Assembly: GCA_964492715.1 (NCBI GenBank)
Contig: CAZBLK010000002.1
Location: 66,896-130,895 of the forward strand
Length of the DNA: 64,000 bases
From: an uncultured Defluviitaleaceae bacterium
GTDB taxonomy: Bacteria; Bacillota; Clostridia; Lachnospirales; WRBF01
Reading direction: 5' to 3'
In this document: positions 1-10,100 of the stretch, piece after piece
How positions within the stretch are numbered: position 1 is the first letter of the stretch
Layout: each line of letters begins with the position of its first letter
Notes under the pieces: model-generated
Database searches by the model: none
Told to the model about the DNA's origin: nothing
What the model saw: the letters and a program-made list of their open reading frames with translations, nothing else
Made by a program: the position numbers and the translations under genes

Positions 1-93
1 TTTTGCCGCAAAATGGATTCATGACTATAAAAACTCAAATTGCTATATATCACGTTATAATTAATAACAATAGCCAAGCCAATGTGCCGCCTC

Positions 94-804
94 TTACATT
101 TCCGCAAGCATTTCCAAACTCAATTCTTCCTTTGCATACCCACCGTTTTCATCTGCCGTAAACAAATAAGCCTTCTTCGTTTCATCAGACTTAACAACAG
201 AGTACACCCCATCAACATAAGCAAGCGCAACGCAGTTTTCAAGTGCAATTGCTTTTCTGTCCATTCCACGGTACATGTCGTCAAACGTTTCACGCCCAAC
301 TTCGTCATAATGTGGGCAGTGTATGTATGGAATAATTCCAAGCCCGTCAACGAAAATGTGCTCGCCTTCGCCGTTTTCGTCTAAGAGGCTGTCGCTGTGC
401 CCAGACAAAAACCAGCAAATAGAGCCAGCACTAAGCCCCGAAAGAACAACCCCTTTCTCAAACGCTTCACGAAGGCAGCTGTCAACGCCGTACTCTTTCC
501 AAACTTCCATCATAAACTTTGTGTTTCCGCCGCCTACATAAATTATGTCCGAGTTTAAAATTGATTCACGAGCTTTTTGGGCTGTCAAGCCGCCGCTTGT
601 AAGGCAAAGCGAGGTTACTTCGCAACCTAAACTGCCAAAGTGCCTTTTTGCCGTTTTAATGTAGCCGGCGGCGTCATTGCTTGCTGTTGGTATAAACAAG
701 AGCTTAGGGTTTACCTTTTTAGCAAGCGAAACAATGTACTTATCAATTGCTGTAGTTTCACCTTTGTGCATTTCGCCGCCACCAATTGCAACTATTATTC
801 CCAT
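94..804 (-). CDS. Peptidase E-like serine dipeptidase (S51 family)
   Basis: 236-aa ORF. S51-type motifs FIPTAS, IIYVGGGNT and the nucleophile elbow LSGLSAGS, plus a downstream HCPHYD. AGGAGGG RBS sits 5 nt upstream of the ATG. Confidence 0.7.
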   Translation of the reverse strand: MGIIVAIGGGEMHKGETTAIDKYIVSLAKKVNPKLLFIPTASNDAAGYIKTAKRHFGSLGCEVTSLCLTSGGLTAQKARESILNSDIIYVGGGNTKFMMEVWKEYGVDSCLREAFEKGVVLSGLSAGSICWFLSGHSDSLLDENGEGEHIFVDGLGIIPYIHCPHYDEVGRETFDDMYRGMDRKAIALENCVALAYVDGVYSVVKSDETKKAYLFTADENGGYAKEELSLEMLAEM

Positions 805-853
805 TTATGCCCTCCTAGTTTTACAAACAAACCCAATAGGGGCGAACCGCCCC

Positions 854-3061
854 CTACTGCCGTACAATGTTATATGTAGCAAACGTTTCCAAAATACCTT
901 TATAAATACCTTCTGCCGCCTTTTGTTGATACTCCTCTGTTTTAAGCTTTGCGGCTTCTTCGGCGTTTGTAACAAAGCCAACTTCGCACAAAACAGCAGG
1001 AATTGTAGCGTGCTTTATTACAATGTATGAGTTAGATTTTACTTTTCTGTTTGTAGAGCCTAAGCTGCTTATAAGGTTTTTCTGCATAATTTCAGCTACT
1101 TGTTGGCTTGACACGCCAATTACGTTGTCGTTGTCGTGCTTGTAGTAGTACACTTCTGTACCGTTTGCCGCTTTGTTTTCGTCAGACGAATTGTTGTGTA
1201 TGGAAACAAACAAGTCGGCCGTTTTGTTTGCCATGTAAGCTCTGTCCATAAGTTCCACGTTTACATCAGTTGTTCTTGTAAAGTATGCCTTTACGTCATT
1301 TTGGCTTTCCAGTAGCTTTTTAAGCTTTAAAGCAATTGCAAAGTTTAAGTCTTTTTCTGTAATGCCGTTTGCAACAACCCCTGGTGCTTTTACGCCTCCG
1401 TGCCCTGGGTCAATCATTACAATTTTAGAGTAAACCTGTTTTGGGTGCATTGGCTTAATGTAAAGGCGTGTGTCGTCCTCTTGCACAACAAACGCAAGAA
1501 TTTGCTTTTCGTTTATAACAATTTCGGTTTGCCCTGTTCCGTTTTGCTGGATAATTACCGAGCTTATATAGTCGTTTCCAACAGGAATTTCACCGTAGCC
1601 CAAAATATTTGACATGTCCGATGGCAACGTTAAAATGTACTTACCAAAGCTGTATTGGTCGTTGTGTGTAATGTTGCTTACGCCAATTGTGCCACTTCCT
1701 TTTTTGTCAATAATAATTGCCGACTTATCCATGTCGTATTGAACATTTTTATATGTAGGCTCTGAAAGAGTAACCGTTGCCGTGTTGCCGCTTATATCAA
1801 GCGAATACTTTGCATCTTGCGCCATGTCAAGAACAACTCTGGCGGTTTGTTCGTCAAATTGTGCTACACGAACAGCCGAAACGTACTTTCCGCTTCCGCT
1901 TGGCGCAACAGCCTTAATTGATGTTAGCGGTGCGTCAATTATAACTCTGTATGGGTTTGTAAGCGTTTGAAGCTTTACAGAAGGCTGACCCGTAAACGTA
2001 ACCGAAACTTTGTCGTTTGTTCCGTCAGAGCTTATCCCCACGCCTGTAATTTCGTTTTTCTCAAACGAAATAATAACTTGCTTTCTGTCCTGTGAAAAAC
2101 CAACTTTGTAAGAAATTGTAGAGTTAAGCTCAAACACAACCCTAGTAATTTTAACAGGCGTAAGCTCGTTTTGCCCAACACGAAGTTTTGACACAGGGCT
2201 GTTTTGCACCGCTACTGCTGTGTTTTTTACTGCCATTTCGGCGTTGTAAATGTCTACCACAAGGCGGTTGTCGTTTAAAAGAAATTTGTTTACTTTGCTA
2301 ATTGGCGACGTTGCATTAATTGCAAAGGAATATCCGTTTTGTGCCGTTGGAAGAACAACGTCAGTTATTTTTGTTTCTGAGTGTTTTTCTTCTGTAAGCG
2401 GCTGTGTTGAAACGTCCTTTGCAAGCGCCGTTGGTTGTGGCGTAACTGTAACTGGTGGTTGCGCTGGGCTTGGGCTTGGCGTTTGAACAGGCGCTGGAGT
2501 AGGCGTAGCTGTGTTTACGCCAACAAACGCAAGCATTTTCATGTAATCGTCCGACATAACAGCAACTGTTCTTGTTGTGTCTTCCCACTTTACGCTAAAG
2601 CCCAAGCTTTGCGAAACAAAGCTTAAAGGAATCATAGTTTTATCGTTTATAATTTTTGCTGGAATTTGCATTTCCAGCTGTTTGCCGTTTACTTCTGCAA
2701 GCGTGCTGTTTGCTTTAATAATAACAAGGTTGTCGCCCATGCCGACATATGCTTCTTTTTTTACGTCATTCCAAGAAACGACAGCGCCCATTTTTTCAAA
2801 AACTTCTTTTGCAGGCACAAGCGTGTAATCTTGAAAAATTATCGGCGGCATAGCAAGGTTTTTTATTTCCTCACCGTCAACTACCAAATGAATTTGTTTT
2901 GCGTTGTATTTATGGTTTGCACCGTCATACACAAGGTTCATTGTAACATAGCTTGTGTCAACCTCGGCGTTTGCATTTATTGGAACTGCTGTTAAATTTA
3001 TTAAAAGCGAAAGTAAAAGCGTAGTAATTTTTTTTGTTTTATGTAAGTTAGTTTTTCGCAT
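854..3061 (-). CDS. Secreted N-acetylmuramoyl-L-alanine amidase with a copper-amine-oxidase-like N-domain, PT-rich linker, AMIN-like repeats and a C-terminal Amidase_3 domain
   Basis: 735-aa ORF with an N-terminal signal peptide (LLLSLLINLTAVPINANA). Cu_amine_oxidN1-like segment (YTLVPAKEVFEKMGAVVSW). C-terminal MIDPGHGG...SIHNNS...GTEVYYY Amidase_3 motifs. Confidence 0.9.
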   Translation of the reverse strand: MRKTNLHKTKKITTLLLSLLINLTAVPINANAEVDTSYVTMNLVYDGANHKYNAKQIHLVVDGEEIKNLAMPPIIFQDYTLVPAKEVFEKMGAVVSWNDVKKEAYVGMGDNLVIIKANSTLAEVNGKQLEMQIPAKIINDKTMIPLSFVSQSLGFSVKWEDTTRTVAVMSDDYMKMLAFVGVNTATPTPAPVQTPSPSPAQPPVTVTPQPTALAKDVSTQPLTEEKHSETKITDVVLPTAQNGYSFAINATSPISKVNKFLLNDNRLVVDIYNAEMAVKNTAVAVQNSPVSKLRVGQNELTPVKITRVVFELNSTISYKVGFSQDRKQVIISFEKNEITGVGISSDGTNDKVSVTFTGQPSVKLQTLTNPYRVIIDAPLTSIKAVAPSGSGKYVSAVRVAQFDEQTARVVLDMAQDAKYSLDISGNTATVTLSEPTYKNVQYDMDKSAIIIDKKGSGTIGVSNITHNDQYSFGKYILTLPSDMSNILGYGEIPVGNDYISSVIIQQNGTGQTEIVINEKQILAFVVQEDDTRLYIKPMHPKQVYSKIVMIDPGHGGVKAPGVVANGITEKDLNFAIALKLKKLLESQNDVKAYFTRTTDVNVELMDRAYMANKTADLFVSIHNNSSDENKAANGTEVYYYKHDNDNVIGVSSQQVAEIMQKNLISSLGSTNRKVKSNSYIVIKHATIPAVLCEVGFVTNAEEAAKLKTEEYQQKAAEGIYKGILETFATYNIVRQ

Positions 3062-3211
3062 TTTCCGTTTTTTCTCCTTTGTGTAAATTGTAAAAACTAT
3101 TCTAATTTTATTATAACAGAAAATGCGACATAATGTCTAACAATTGACACATTGAAATAAAACAGTAATATTCGGGGATAATACAATTAACATAATTAAT
3201 TTTGGGGGTGT

Positions 3212-3352
3212 ATGCTTTTGGACATAAACTGCACAAACAAATGTGTTTTTCAAACGGAGGGAAAATGTAACCTTAACAGCTTGCCTGCACTTAAAAGCTT
3301 TAGCCTTGAGGAGGGGGAAAGCGACTGCCCTTATTGTGTGGGGAAAGGCTGA
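3212..3352 (+). CDS. Small Cys-rich protein (46 aa), hypothetical
   Basis: Below the ORF-track cutoff. ATG preceded by GGGGGTG. Translation: MLLDINCTNKCVFQTEGKCNLNSLPALKSFSLEEGESDCPYCVGKG. It has a C-x3-C-x7-C and a C-x2-C motif and is followed by a 13-bp stem hairpin. Confidence 0.4.
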   Translation: MLLDINCTNKCVFQTEGKCNLNSLPALKSFSLEEGESDCPYCVGKG

Positions 3353-3364
3353 AAGTAAATTTGC

Positions 3365-3410
3365 AAAAAAATTGAGGAGAGAAATTTCACAATAAACTTT
3401 CTCTCCTCAA
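3365..3410 (-). terminator. Intrinsic terminator at the end of the purine block I operon
   Basis: 13-bp perfect stem TTGAGGAGAGAAA/TTTCTCTCCTCAA (3372-3384 and 3398-3410). A run of 7 T follows on the minus strand. Confidence 0.7.
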
Positions 3411-3426
3411 TCTATAGCAACTCCAC

Positions 3427-3531
3427 TATAGCAATTCCAGTTTTTAACGATAATGGCAGAGGGAAGCCAAACGCCTAGTCGTTTACCGTTTTGACCAATA
3501 GACAATGTCGATTAAAAAAGGAATTGCTATA
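3427..3531. repeat. TIR-bounded small element carrying the conserved 65-nt core (copy 1 of 2)
   Basis: 12-bp inverted termini TATAGCAATTCC / GGAATTGCTATA. The core at 3440-3505 (..GCAGAGGGAAGCCAAACGCCTAGTCG..) recurs at 33422-33488. Confidence 0.6.
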
Positions 3532-3564
3532 ACTTTACCACCTGCAAACCAGAGGAAACATTTT

Positions 3565-5031
3565 TTAAAGCCCATTAAATTCTTCAATTAACCTGTCAAG
3601 CTCATTAGCCATGCCGTGCAGCTTGCCCCAATACTCATCATAGTCATACCACTGTGCGTTTAATTCTTCAACGTCGTACTGTTGCTGCTCTATCCATGTA
3701 TAATATTTTAAGTTGTGTATACGCTTTTTAGTTTGATAAGTAAGTTCTTCCATGCTGTCTGTACGCACTGCATGGACATGGCAAGCAAGGTCAAGCTGTG
3801 CATCAAATTTAAGGTACTCCCTGCCCCTTTCGGCTTCCATTTCGTCAAGCCTTGACTCGTACATTTCCGCAGAGTCTGTAAGAATTGTAAACACTATGTC
3901 GTTTTCTGTAAGCTCATAATATTTAGCAAACTTAATTGACGTCAAAATGTTTGCCGCCCCAGAAATTCCTACCCAGTTTAACTTTTCTATTACGTCGTTT
4001 GAAACTCCGCATTCCTTTAAATATTCATGCCCTGCTTCTTCGTTGCAAAGCCTAAAAAGCCCAAGTGCATCATTGTCGTCAACTGCAACAACCATGTCTG
4101 TGTTTTTTACATTATGAATCCACGGAACATGTTTGTCTCCAATTCCTTCTATGCGGTGGTCGCCGAAGCCGTTTTTTAAAAGTGTTGGGCATTGTAAAGC
4201 TTCACCAACGGCAAACTTTGCATTTTTGTGGTTGTCTTTTATAAAGTCAGCACTTCCCAAAGTTCCGCCAGAGCCAGACGTTAAGCAAACGCCTGCAACA
4301 CGGCTTTTTTCGCCTTTTATTGCGTTGAAAATGTCGTTAAATGCGTTTCCTGTAACTTCGTAGTGCCACAGGTGGTTTCCAAGCTCGCCAAACTGGTTAA
4401 AAATTATTACGTTGTCACGAGTGTTGCGAAGCTCCCACGTTTTGTCGTAAATTTCTTTTACGTTGCTTTCGCAGCCAGGCGTTGCAATAATTTCGCCGGC
4501 AACAGTTTTAAGCCACTCAAACCTTTCACGGCTCATGTTTTCCGGCAAAATTGCAATTGACTTGCAGCCAAGAAGTGCAGAATTGTACGCACCGCCACGG
4601 CAATAATTCCCAGTTGAGGGCCAAACTGCCTCGTGGAACTCTGGGTCAAACTGCCCTGTTACAAGCCGTGGAACAAGGCAAGCAAAACTAGCCCCAACTT
4701 TGTGCGCCCCTGTTGGGAAAAACTTTCCGCTCATAGCAACAATTCTAGCTTTTACGCCGGAAATTTTTTGCGGAATTTCAACAAAATTCGGAAGCTTATT
4801 GTACAAGCCGCCTGTTCTTTGTGGTTGGTTTTTCCACGAAATTCTGTAAAGGTTAATTGGGTCAACACAGTAAAGCCCAGTCTCCTTTAACCTTTCCTTT
4901 ACACTTTCAGAAATTTTATCAGGGTCTTTCATTTGTGCAATAGTCGGAATTACAATACCACGGCTTTTTACAGCATCAGCTGTTTTTTTACGTTGCTTTT
5001 CATTTATTGTAAGGTCGATTAATTTTTTCAT
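3565..5031 (-). CDS. Fold-type-II PLP-dependent enzyme (Trp-synthase-beta/cysteine-synthase superfamily), specific function unknown
   Basis: 488 aa counted from the ATG at 5031, which has a GGGAG RBS; the track ORF extends to 5109, into a repeat. Candidate PLP-lysine motif FPTGAHKVG and a glycine loop LTSGSGGTLG. Last gene of block I. Confidence 0.6.
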   Translation of the reverse strand: MKKLIDLTINEKQRKKTADAVKSRGIVIPTIAQMKDPDKISESVKERLKETGLYCVDPINLYRISWKNQPQRTGGLYNKLPNFVEIPQKISGVKARIVAMSGKFFPTGAHKVGASFACLVPRLVTGQFDPEFHEAVWPSTGNYCRGGAYNSALLGCKSIAILPENMSRERFEWLKTVAGEIIATPGCESNVKEIYDKTWELRNTRDNVIIFNQFGELGNHLWHYEVTGNAFNDIFNAIKGEKSRVAGVCLTSGSGGTLGSADFIKDNHKNAKFAVGEALQCPTLLKNGFGDHRIEGIGDKHVPWIHNVKNTDMVVAVDDNDALGLFRLCNEEAGHEYLKECGVSNDVIEKLNWVGISGAANILTSIKFAKYYELTENDIVFTILTDSAEMYESRLDEMEAERGREYLKFDAQLDLACHVHAVRTDSMEELTYQTKKRIHNLKYYTWIEQQQYDVEELNAQWYDYDEYWGKLHGMANELDRLIEEFNGL

Positions 5032-5102
5032 AAAATTACTCCCTTCAAGTGCTAATAAATATTTAGATAACAGAAGCAAAAATGCTTTCCTTGCACAAAA
5101 AT

Positions 5103-5160
5103 GGGTCAAGGGGCAAGCCCCTTGCGGGGGTTTGGGGGCAGAGCCCCCAAGGTCTTAATC
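5103..5160 (+). repeat. GC-rich double-hairpin repeat, copy 1
   Basis: GGGTCAAGGGGCAAGCCCCTTGCGGGGGTTTGGGGGCAGAGCCCCCAAGGTCTTAATC. Two palindromes: AAGGGGC-AA-GCCCCTT and TTGGGGGC-AGA-GCCCCCAA. Confidence 0.9.
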
Positions 5161-5182
5161 CTTTTTCCGTCCCCCCAAGGTT

Positions 5183-6439
5183 TTATTCCTTTTCCGTCCC
5201 CTCAAGATACCCCTTCAAATCCGACAAATGAGGTTTAATAACCTTAGGCCTTAAAACCGCCATCTGTGCCGACTTAATGTCCTTCAAACCACTTCCCGAA
5301 ACAACAAACACAACTGTTTCATCTGCTCCAATTTTCCCTTCTTTAACAAGCTTTGTAAGCCCGGCAAAAGCGGCAACACCAGCAGGCTCGCCAAACACGC
5401 CTGTGTTTCGTGCAAGCGTAGTCATTGCAGAAAGTATTTCATTATCACTTACATTAACAGCAATTCCGCCGCTTTCTTTAAGCGCAGTTAACGCCTTATA
5501 CCCATTCCGTGGAATACCCACCGAAATACTGTCAGCAATAGTTTGCGGCGGAACGTAGTCAAACCCAAATTCCCCTTTGACAAACGCCCTGTTTACAGGG
5601 TTCGAGTTTTCTGCCTGTACAGAAACCATTTGCGGCAGCCTGTCAATTAACCCAAGCTCGTAAAACTCTTTGAACCCTTTCCAAACGCCAGCAATGGAAC
5701 ACCCATCACCAACAGACATTACAACTTTGTCGGGCACATTAAAACTTAGCTGCTCCAAAATTTCAAAGGCGGCAGTTTTTTTGCCCTCTACCAAGTATGG
5801 GTTTATGGCACAGCTACGGTTGTACCAGCCGTATTCCTCTACAGCTTCCAAACAAAAATCAAACGCTTTGTCATAGTCGCCGTCCACCAAAACTACATTA
5901 CTTCCAAAAATTAAAAGCTGAGTAAGCTTGCCTTCTGGAATTGCCTTTGGCACGAATATATAATTTTTCAAGCCCATGCAAGCCGCAAAGCCAGAAACAC
6001 TAGAAGCGGCGTTGCCCGTAGAAGCGGCACAAATTACGTCTTTGCCAAGCTCGCAAGCTTTTGCTACGCCAACGGCCGAAGCTCTGTCTTTAAACGAAGC
6101 TGTTGGGTTTCGCCCTTCGTCCTTAAAGTAAACGTTTTTAATGTTAAACAGCTTTTCTAGCAGCCCCGACTTATAAAGTGGCGTGTTTCCAATTTTAAGT
6201 TCTGCCGCACCCGAAAGCCCTTTAAGCGGTAAAATTGGCAAGTACCGCCAAATTGTTTGGTCTGCATTTTCCTGTAAATACTTTTTTGTAAGAGTTTGTT
6301 TAACAAGCGGCATGTCGTACAAAACGTCAAGCGTTCCTTCTGTGCCACAAACAGGGCAGTTGTACATAACAGTTTCGTCAACAAGCTTTCCGCACTTTGA
6401 ACACCGTAAATGTTTAATCTTTTCCATAACTATCCGCAA
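5183..6439 (-). CDS. Threonine-synthase-like PLP enzyme with an N-terminal zinc ribbon
   Basis: 418-aa ORF. CSKCG...CPVCG zinc ribbon, the ThrC-type PLP motif NPTASFKDRAS and ASTGNAASS. The start codon is uncertain (TTG at 6439 or ATG at 6427) and no strong RBS is present. Confidence 0.7.
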   Translation of the reverse strand: MRIVMEKIKHLRCSKCGKLVDETVMYNCPVCGTEGTLDVLYDMPLVKQTLTKKYLQENADQTIWRYLPILPLKGLSGAAELKIGNTPLYKSGLLEKLFNIKNVYFKDEGRNPTASFKDRASAVGVAKACELGKDVICAASTGNAASSVSGFAACMGLKNYIFVPKAIPEGKLTQLLIFGSNVVLVDGDYDKAFDFCLEAVEEYGWYNRSCAINPYLVEGKKTAAFEILEQLSFNVPDKVVMSVGDGCSIAGVWKGFKEFYELGLIDRLPQMVSVQAENSNPVNRAFVKGEFGFDYVPPQTIADSISVGIPRNGYKALTALKESGGIAVNVSDNEILSAMTTLARNTGVFGEPAGVAAFAGLTKLVKEGKIGADETVVFVVSGSGLKDIKSAQMAVLRPKVIKPHLSDLKGYLEGTEKE

Positions 6440-6446
6440 GGCTTGT

Positions 6447-7121
6447 TTATTTTAACTTAATCATGCTTAAAATATCGCTGCCCTGCTCCTCCTTAACCAG
6501 CTTCATGTACCGATAAACACTTGGTATTGACATGTCAAGAGCTTTTGCCGTAATGTTTACAGCACCTTTTAAAACAAAAACCCCCGATTGGTAAAGCGTT
6601 TTTATAATAAGCGTTTTGTCGTCCTGCGAAAGGCTTAAAGGGTCAATGTTGTTTTCGGCGATGACGGCTTTAATGCTTGAAATTGTGTGTTCCTCTGCGC
6701 TTATGTTAAGCTGTTCAAGCATTACGTCGTCTTGATATTTGTCGGTGTCGCCTATAATGCTGTTTAAATAGTTACGCATACTTATAAGCTGTAGGTTGTC
6801 GGTGTTTACGCAAAGAAGTCCCACAAGTTCGCCTTCATCACGAATAAAAAACGTTGTAGAACGTATGCTTTGTGCGTTCTTTACTCCGCTAAGGCTGCTT
6901 TCAACAAAGCTTGCTTCGCCCTCTTTTGCCATAGCAACAATTTTGCCTACTTGCTCGCTGGACGGCTCGCCAATTGCGTTTCCGCTTGCTCCACCGTTTT
7001 TCATTGCAATTACTTTAGGTGCATCACCTGTTACATCATGCAAAACAATTTCCGAGTTTGCACCAAGGACAGCCGCAAGGAAGTCCACCAAATTTATATA
7101 AGACTTTAACAATTTATTCAT
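6447..7121 (-). CDS. YheO/DauR-like transcriptional regulator (PAS-like sensor plus C-terminal HTH)
   Basis: 224-aa ORF. N-terminal LVDFLAAVLGANSEIVLHD... YheO-like PAS segment. C-terminal HTH segment (ITAKALDMSIPSVYRYMK). Confidence 0.6.
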   Translation of the reverse strand: MNKLLKSYINLVDFLAAVLGANSEIVLHDVTGDAPKVIAMKNGGASGNAIGEPSSEQVGKIVAMAKEGEASFVESSLSGVKNAQSIRSTTFFIRDEGELVGLLCVNTDNLQLISMRNYLNSIIGDTDKYQDDVMLEQLNISAEEHTISSIKAVIAENNIDPLSLSQDDKTLIIKTLYQSGVFVLKGAVNITAKALDMSIPSVYRYMKLVKEEQGSDILSMIKLK

Positions 7122-7156
7122 AACTCACCTCATCAAATTCTACAGAAAAAACTATA

Positions 7157-10100
7157 TTATACCATAAAACTGTAGTTTTCAAAAAAGGCTTTTATAACGT
7201 TGTAAATTGGGTTTGGAAGATGGCTATTTTCGCTGTCATCCTCAAGCGAAGTTTCCACTACACTTTCACCATAACGTACACGAACAACTTTTCCTTCATC
7301 TATCAACAAAAACCCTTGCTGTGTGCTTTCGTTAAAGTCGTCCTCCGATGAAAAGTATGTAAGCTTATCTTTGTAAGGCGCCGACTTATAAGGGCAGAAC
7401 CCCTCACAGTTTCCGCACTCGTTGCAAAGTGGGTCAAGGTGTACAATTTGCGACATAGAAAGTTGTGGAACTTTTACGGAAACGTTTGCTCTGTTTGGGC
7501 AAACCTCTACGCAAATGTTGCAAACGTAATTACATTCTAAGCAACGCTTTGCTTCGCTTCCTGCTTCAAGCGTGTGGCAAAGCACAGCTTTTTTTGCCGA
7601 CAAAGCATCATAGTTTTCGCCTGCCATGTCCTCGAACGATTTCAGCGGAAGCTCACAGCCTTTTTCACGTTTCATAACCTCGTTTGCAAACGCCAAGCCG
7701 TCAGCCATTGCTTCAACAATTGTCGAAGGCCCACGAGAAGCATCTCCGCCTATGAACACATTTTTAACGGAAGTTTCGCCGTTTTCGTTTGCTTTTATTT
7801 TTCCGTTTACAACTTCAATTCCGTTTTTCTCACAAACAGTTGTGTCTACACGTTCGCCAATTGCGCCGATTACTGTGTCAATTTCAAGCGTGACAAATTC
7901 GTCTGTCGGAACAGGGCTTTGCCTGCCAGTTTTATCTTTTTCGCCAAGCTTCATTTTTTGACAAGTCAAAACGCCGCCTTTGTGCGAGTGTGGCGCTGTA
8001 AGCTCTAAAAACTTAACGCCTTCAATTAAAGCAAGCGCAATTTCTTCACGTTCTGCTGGCGCTAAGTCCATTGTGCGCCTATAAATTACATAAACATTTG
8101 CAACGCCGTTTACACGTGTTGCCGCACGTGCGGCGTCCATTGCAGAATTTCCTGCGCCGATTATTGCAACGTTTTTGCCCAAGCTTACGCTAGGGTTTTC
8201 CCTAAACTGCTCCAAAAATTCAATTACGTTTAAAGGTGTTTTGTCGCTTTCGTCCGCAAGCTTAACTAACGTTTGCTTCCCTGCGCCAATTGCTAGAAGA
8301 ACATATTTAAAGCCGCCACTAAAAAGCGTTTTCAAAGAAAAGATAGGTGTAAAACCTGTAACAAAACGTCCTCCGTGCTTTTTCACAAGCTCTACGTCTT
8401 TTGCAACAAGCTCGCTTTCAATGCGGAAAGTTGGAATGACGTTTGCAACAACGCCTCCAAGCCTTTCTTTTTGCTCGAAAACTGTTACATCAAAGCCGCT
8501 TTTGCAAAGGAACATAGCCGCTGAAAGACCGCAAGGCCCTGCGCCGATTATTGCAACTTTTGCACCGTTTGCTTTTACTGGAATAACTTGGTTTACAAGC
8601 GTGTCGTATGCGGCTTCGGTTGCAACAAACTTTTCCCTGCGGATATAAACAGGCTCGTCGTAGTCTATGCGTGTGCATTTGTCCATACATGGGTGGGCGC
8701 AAATTTTCCCTGTTGTAAACGGCATTGCGTTACGCTCGGTTATTACTTTTAGCGCACCCAAGTAGTCGCCGTTTCCAGTGCGCTTAATGTACTCTGGAAT
8801 GTCTTGATGAATTGGGCAGCCGTTTTTGCAAGGCGCAACGTAACAGCTTAAAAGTGGAACTTGCTCGTTTATTTTGCGGCTTTCAACATGGCGTTTTTGT
8901 TTCATATGGTTTGGGTCAATTTCTGTTGCTAAAGCTGCAAGCTTTTCAAGGTTTATTCCGCTTGGAACGTCATGGCCTTTTTCTAAAAGCTTTTCGGCAA
9001 TTTGCTTTAACCGCAAATAACCGCCTGGTTTTAAAATTGTAGTCGCAACCGTAATTGGGAAAATGCCAGCTTCAAAAATTTTGTCAATGTTAAAAGCATC
9101 TGCACCGCCAGAAAATGAAATGTTCAAGTCGCCGTCAAATGCTGTTGCAAGAATTAACGCCGCATTTATAGAAAGCGGATAAAGCCCACGCCCCGACATG
9201 TACATTTCTTCTCCGGCAAGGCGGTTGTCAACAATTTTTACAGGGAAAGTGTTTGTTAGCTTTACGCCAAACGTAAGCCCCTGCTCTTTTGCCGTTTGCT
9301 TCAGCCGTGTAAGCATAGAAATTGCGGCATCAAACTGCAAATCGTTTTTAAAATGGTGCTCGTCAAACACCAAATGCTTGTATCCCATTTTGTCGCAAAG
9401 TTCCCTAGCCGTTTTGTAGCCCAAAATCGTTGGGTTCATTTTAACAAACGTGTGCAGCTTTTTTTCTGTAAGCAAATAGTTTGCTATTTTTTCAATTTCA
9501 CCTGCTGGGCAGCCGTGAAGCGTTGACAGCGTAATGGATTTGCAAATTTCTGGTGAAATTTCATTTATATATGCTTCGTCTACATTTTCAAACAAAGCTA
9601 TGTTTTCAAGAAGGTAATTTTTACATTGTTTAAAAATGTCGGTTTGCTCGGCGTTTTTCAGCCCTTCTATAAATGTGTTTATCTTCTGAGAAGTAATTCC
9701 GTCATAGTCGTAGCCCACGCTCATGTTAAAAGCAAAGCCATCTTTTGCGCCAAGCCCAAATTCCTTTGTAAGTATAGCAAGCGCAAAATAACCCTTTACA
9801 TATTCCTCAAAAGCTTCGTTTACGTAAAGCTCGGTTGACCATTCAACGTTAAAGCCCTCGTCCGTCGCTTCAATGCAAGGCTTTGCAACAGGTAGGTCTG
9901 GCCCGTCAAGTGTTTGCACCGTTTTAAGCTCGAAAAAGCGGCTGCCCGTTAAAAACCCAGCAACAATGTTTTGTGCAAGCTGTGTGTGTGGGCCTGCGGC
10001 TGGGCCAAACGGCGTTTCAATATGCTTGCCGAAAATTGCCAGCGTTTTTTCTTTGTCTGACACAAAAAACTTGCTTTTGGGTACGCCAAAAATTGTTCCC

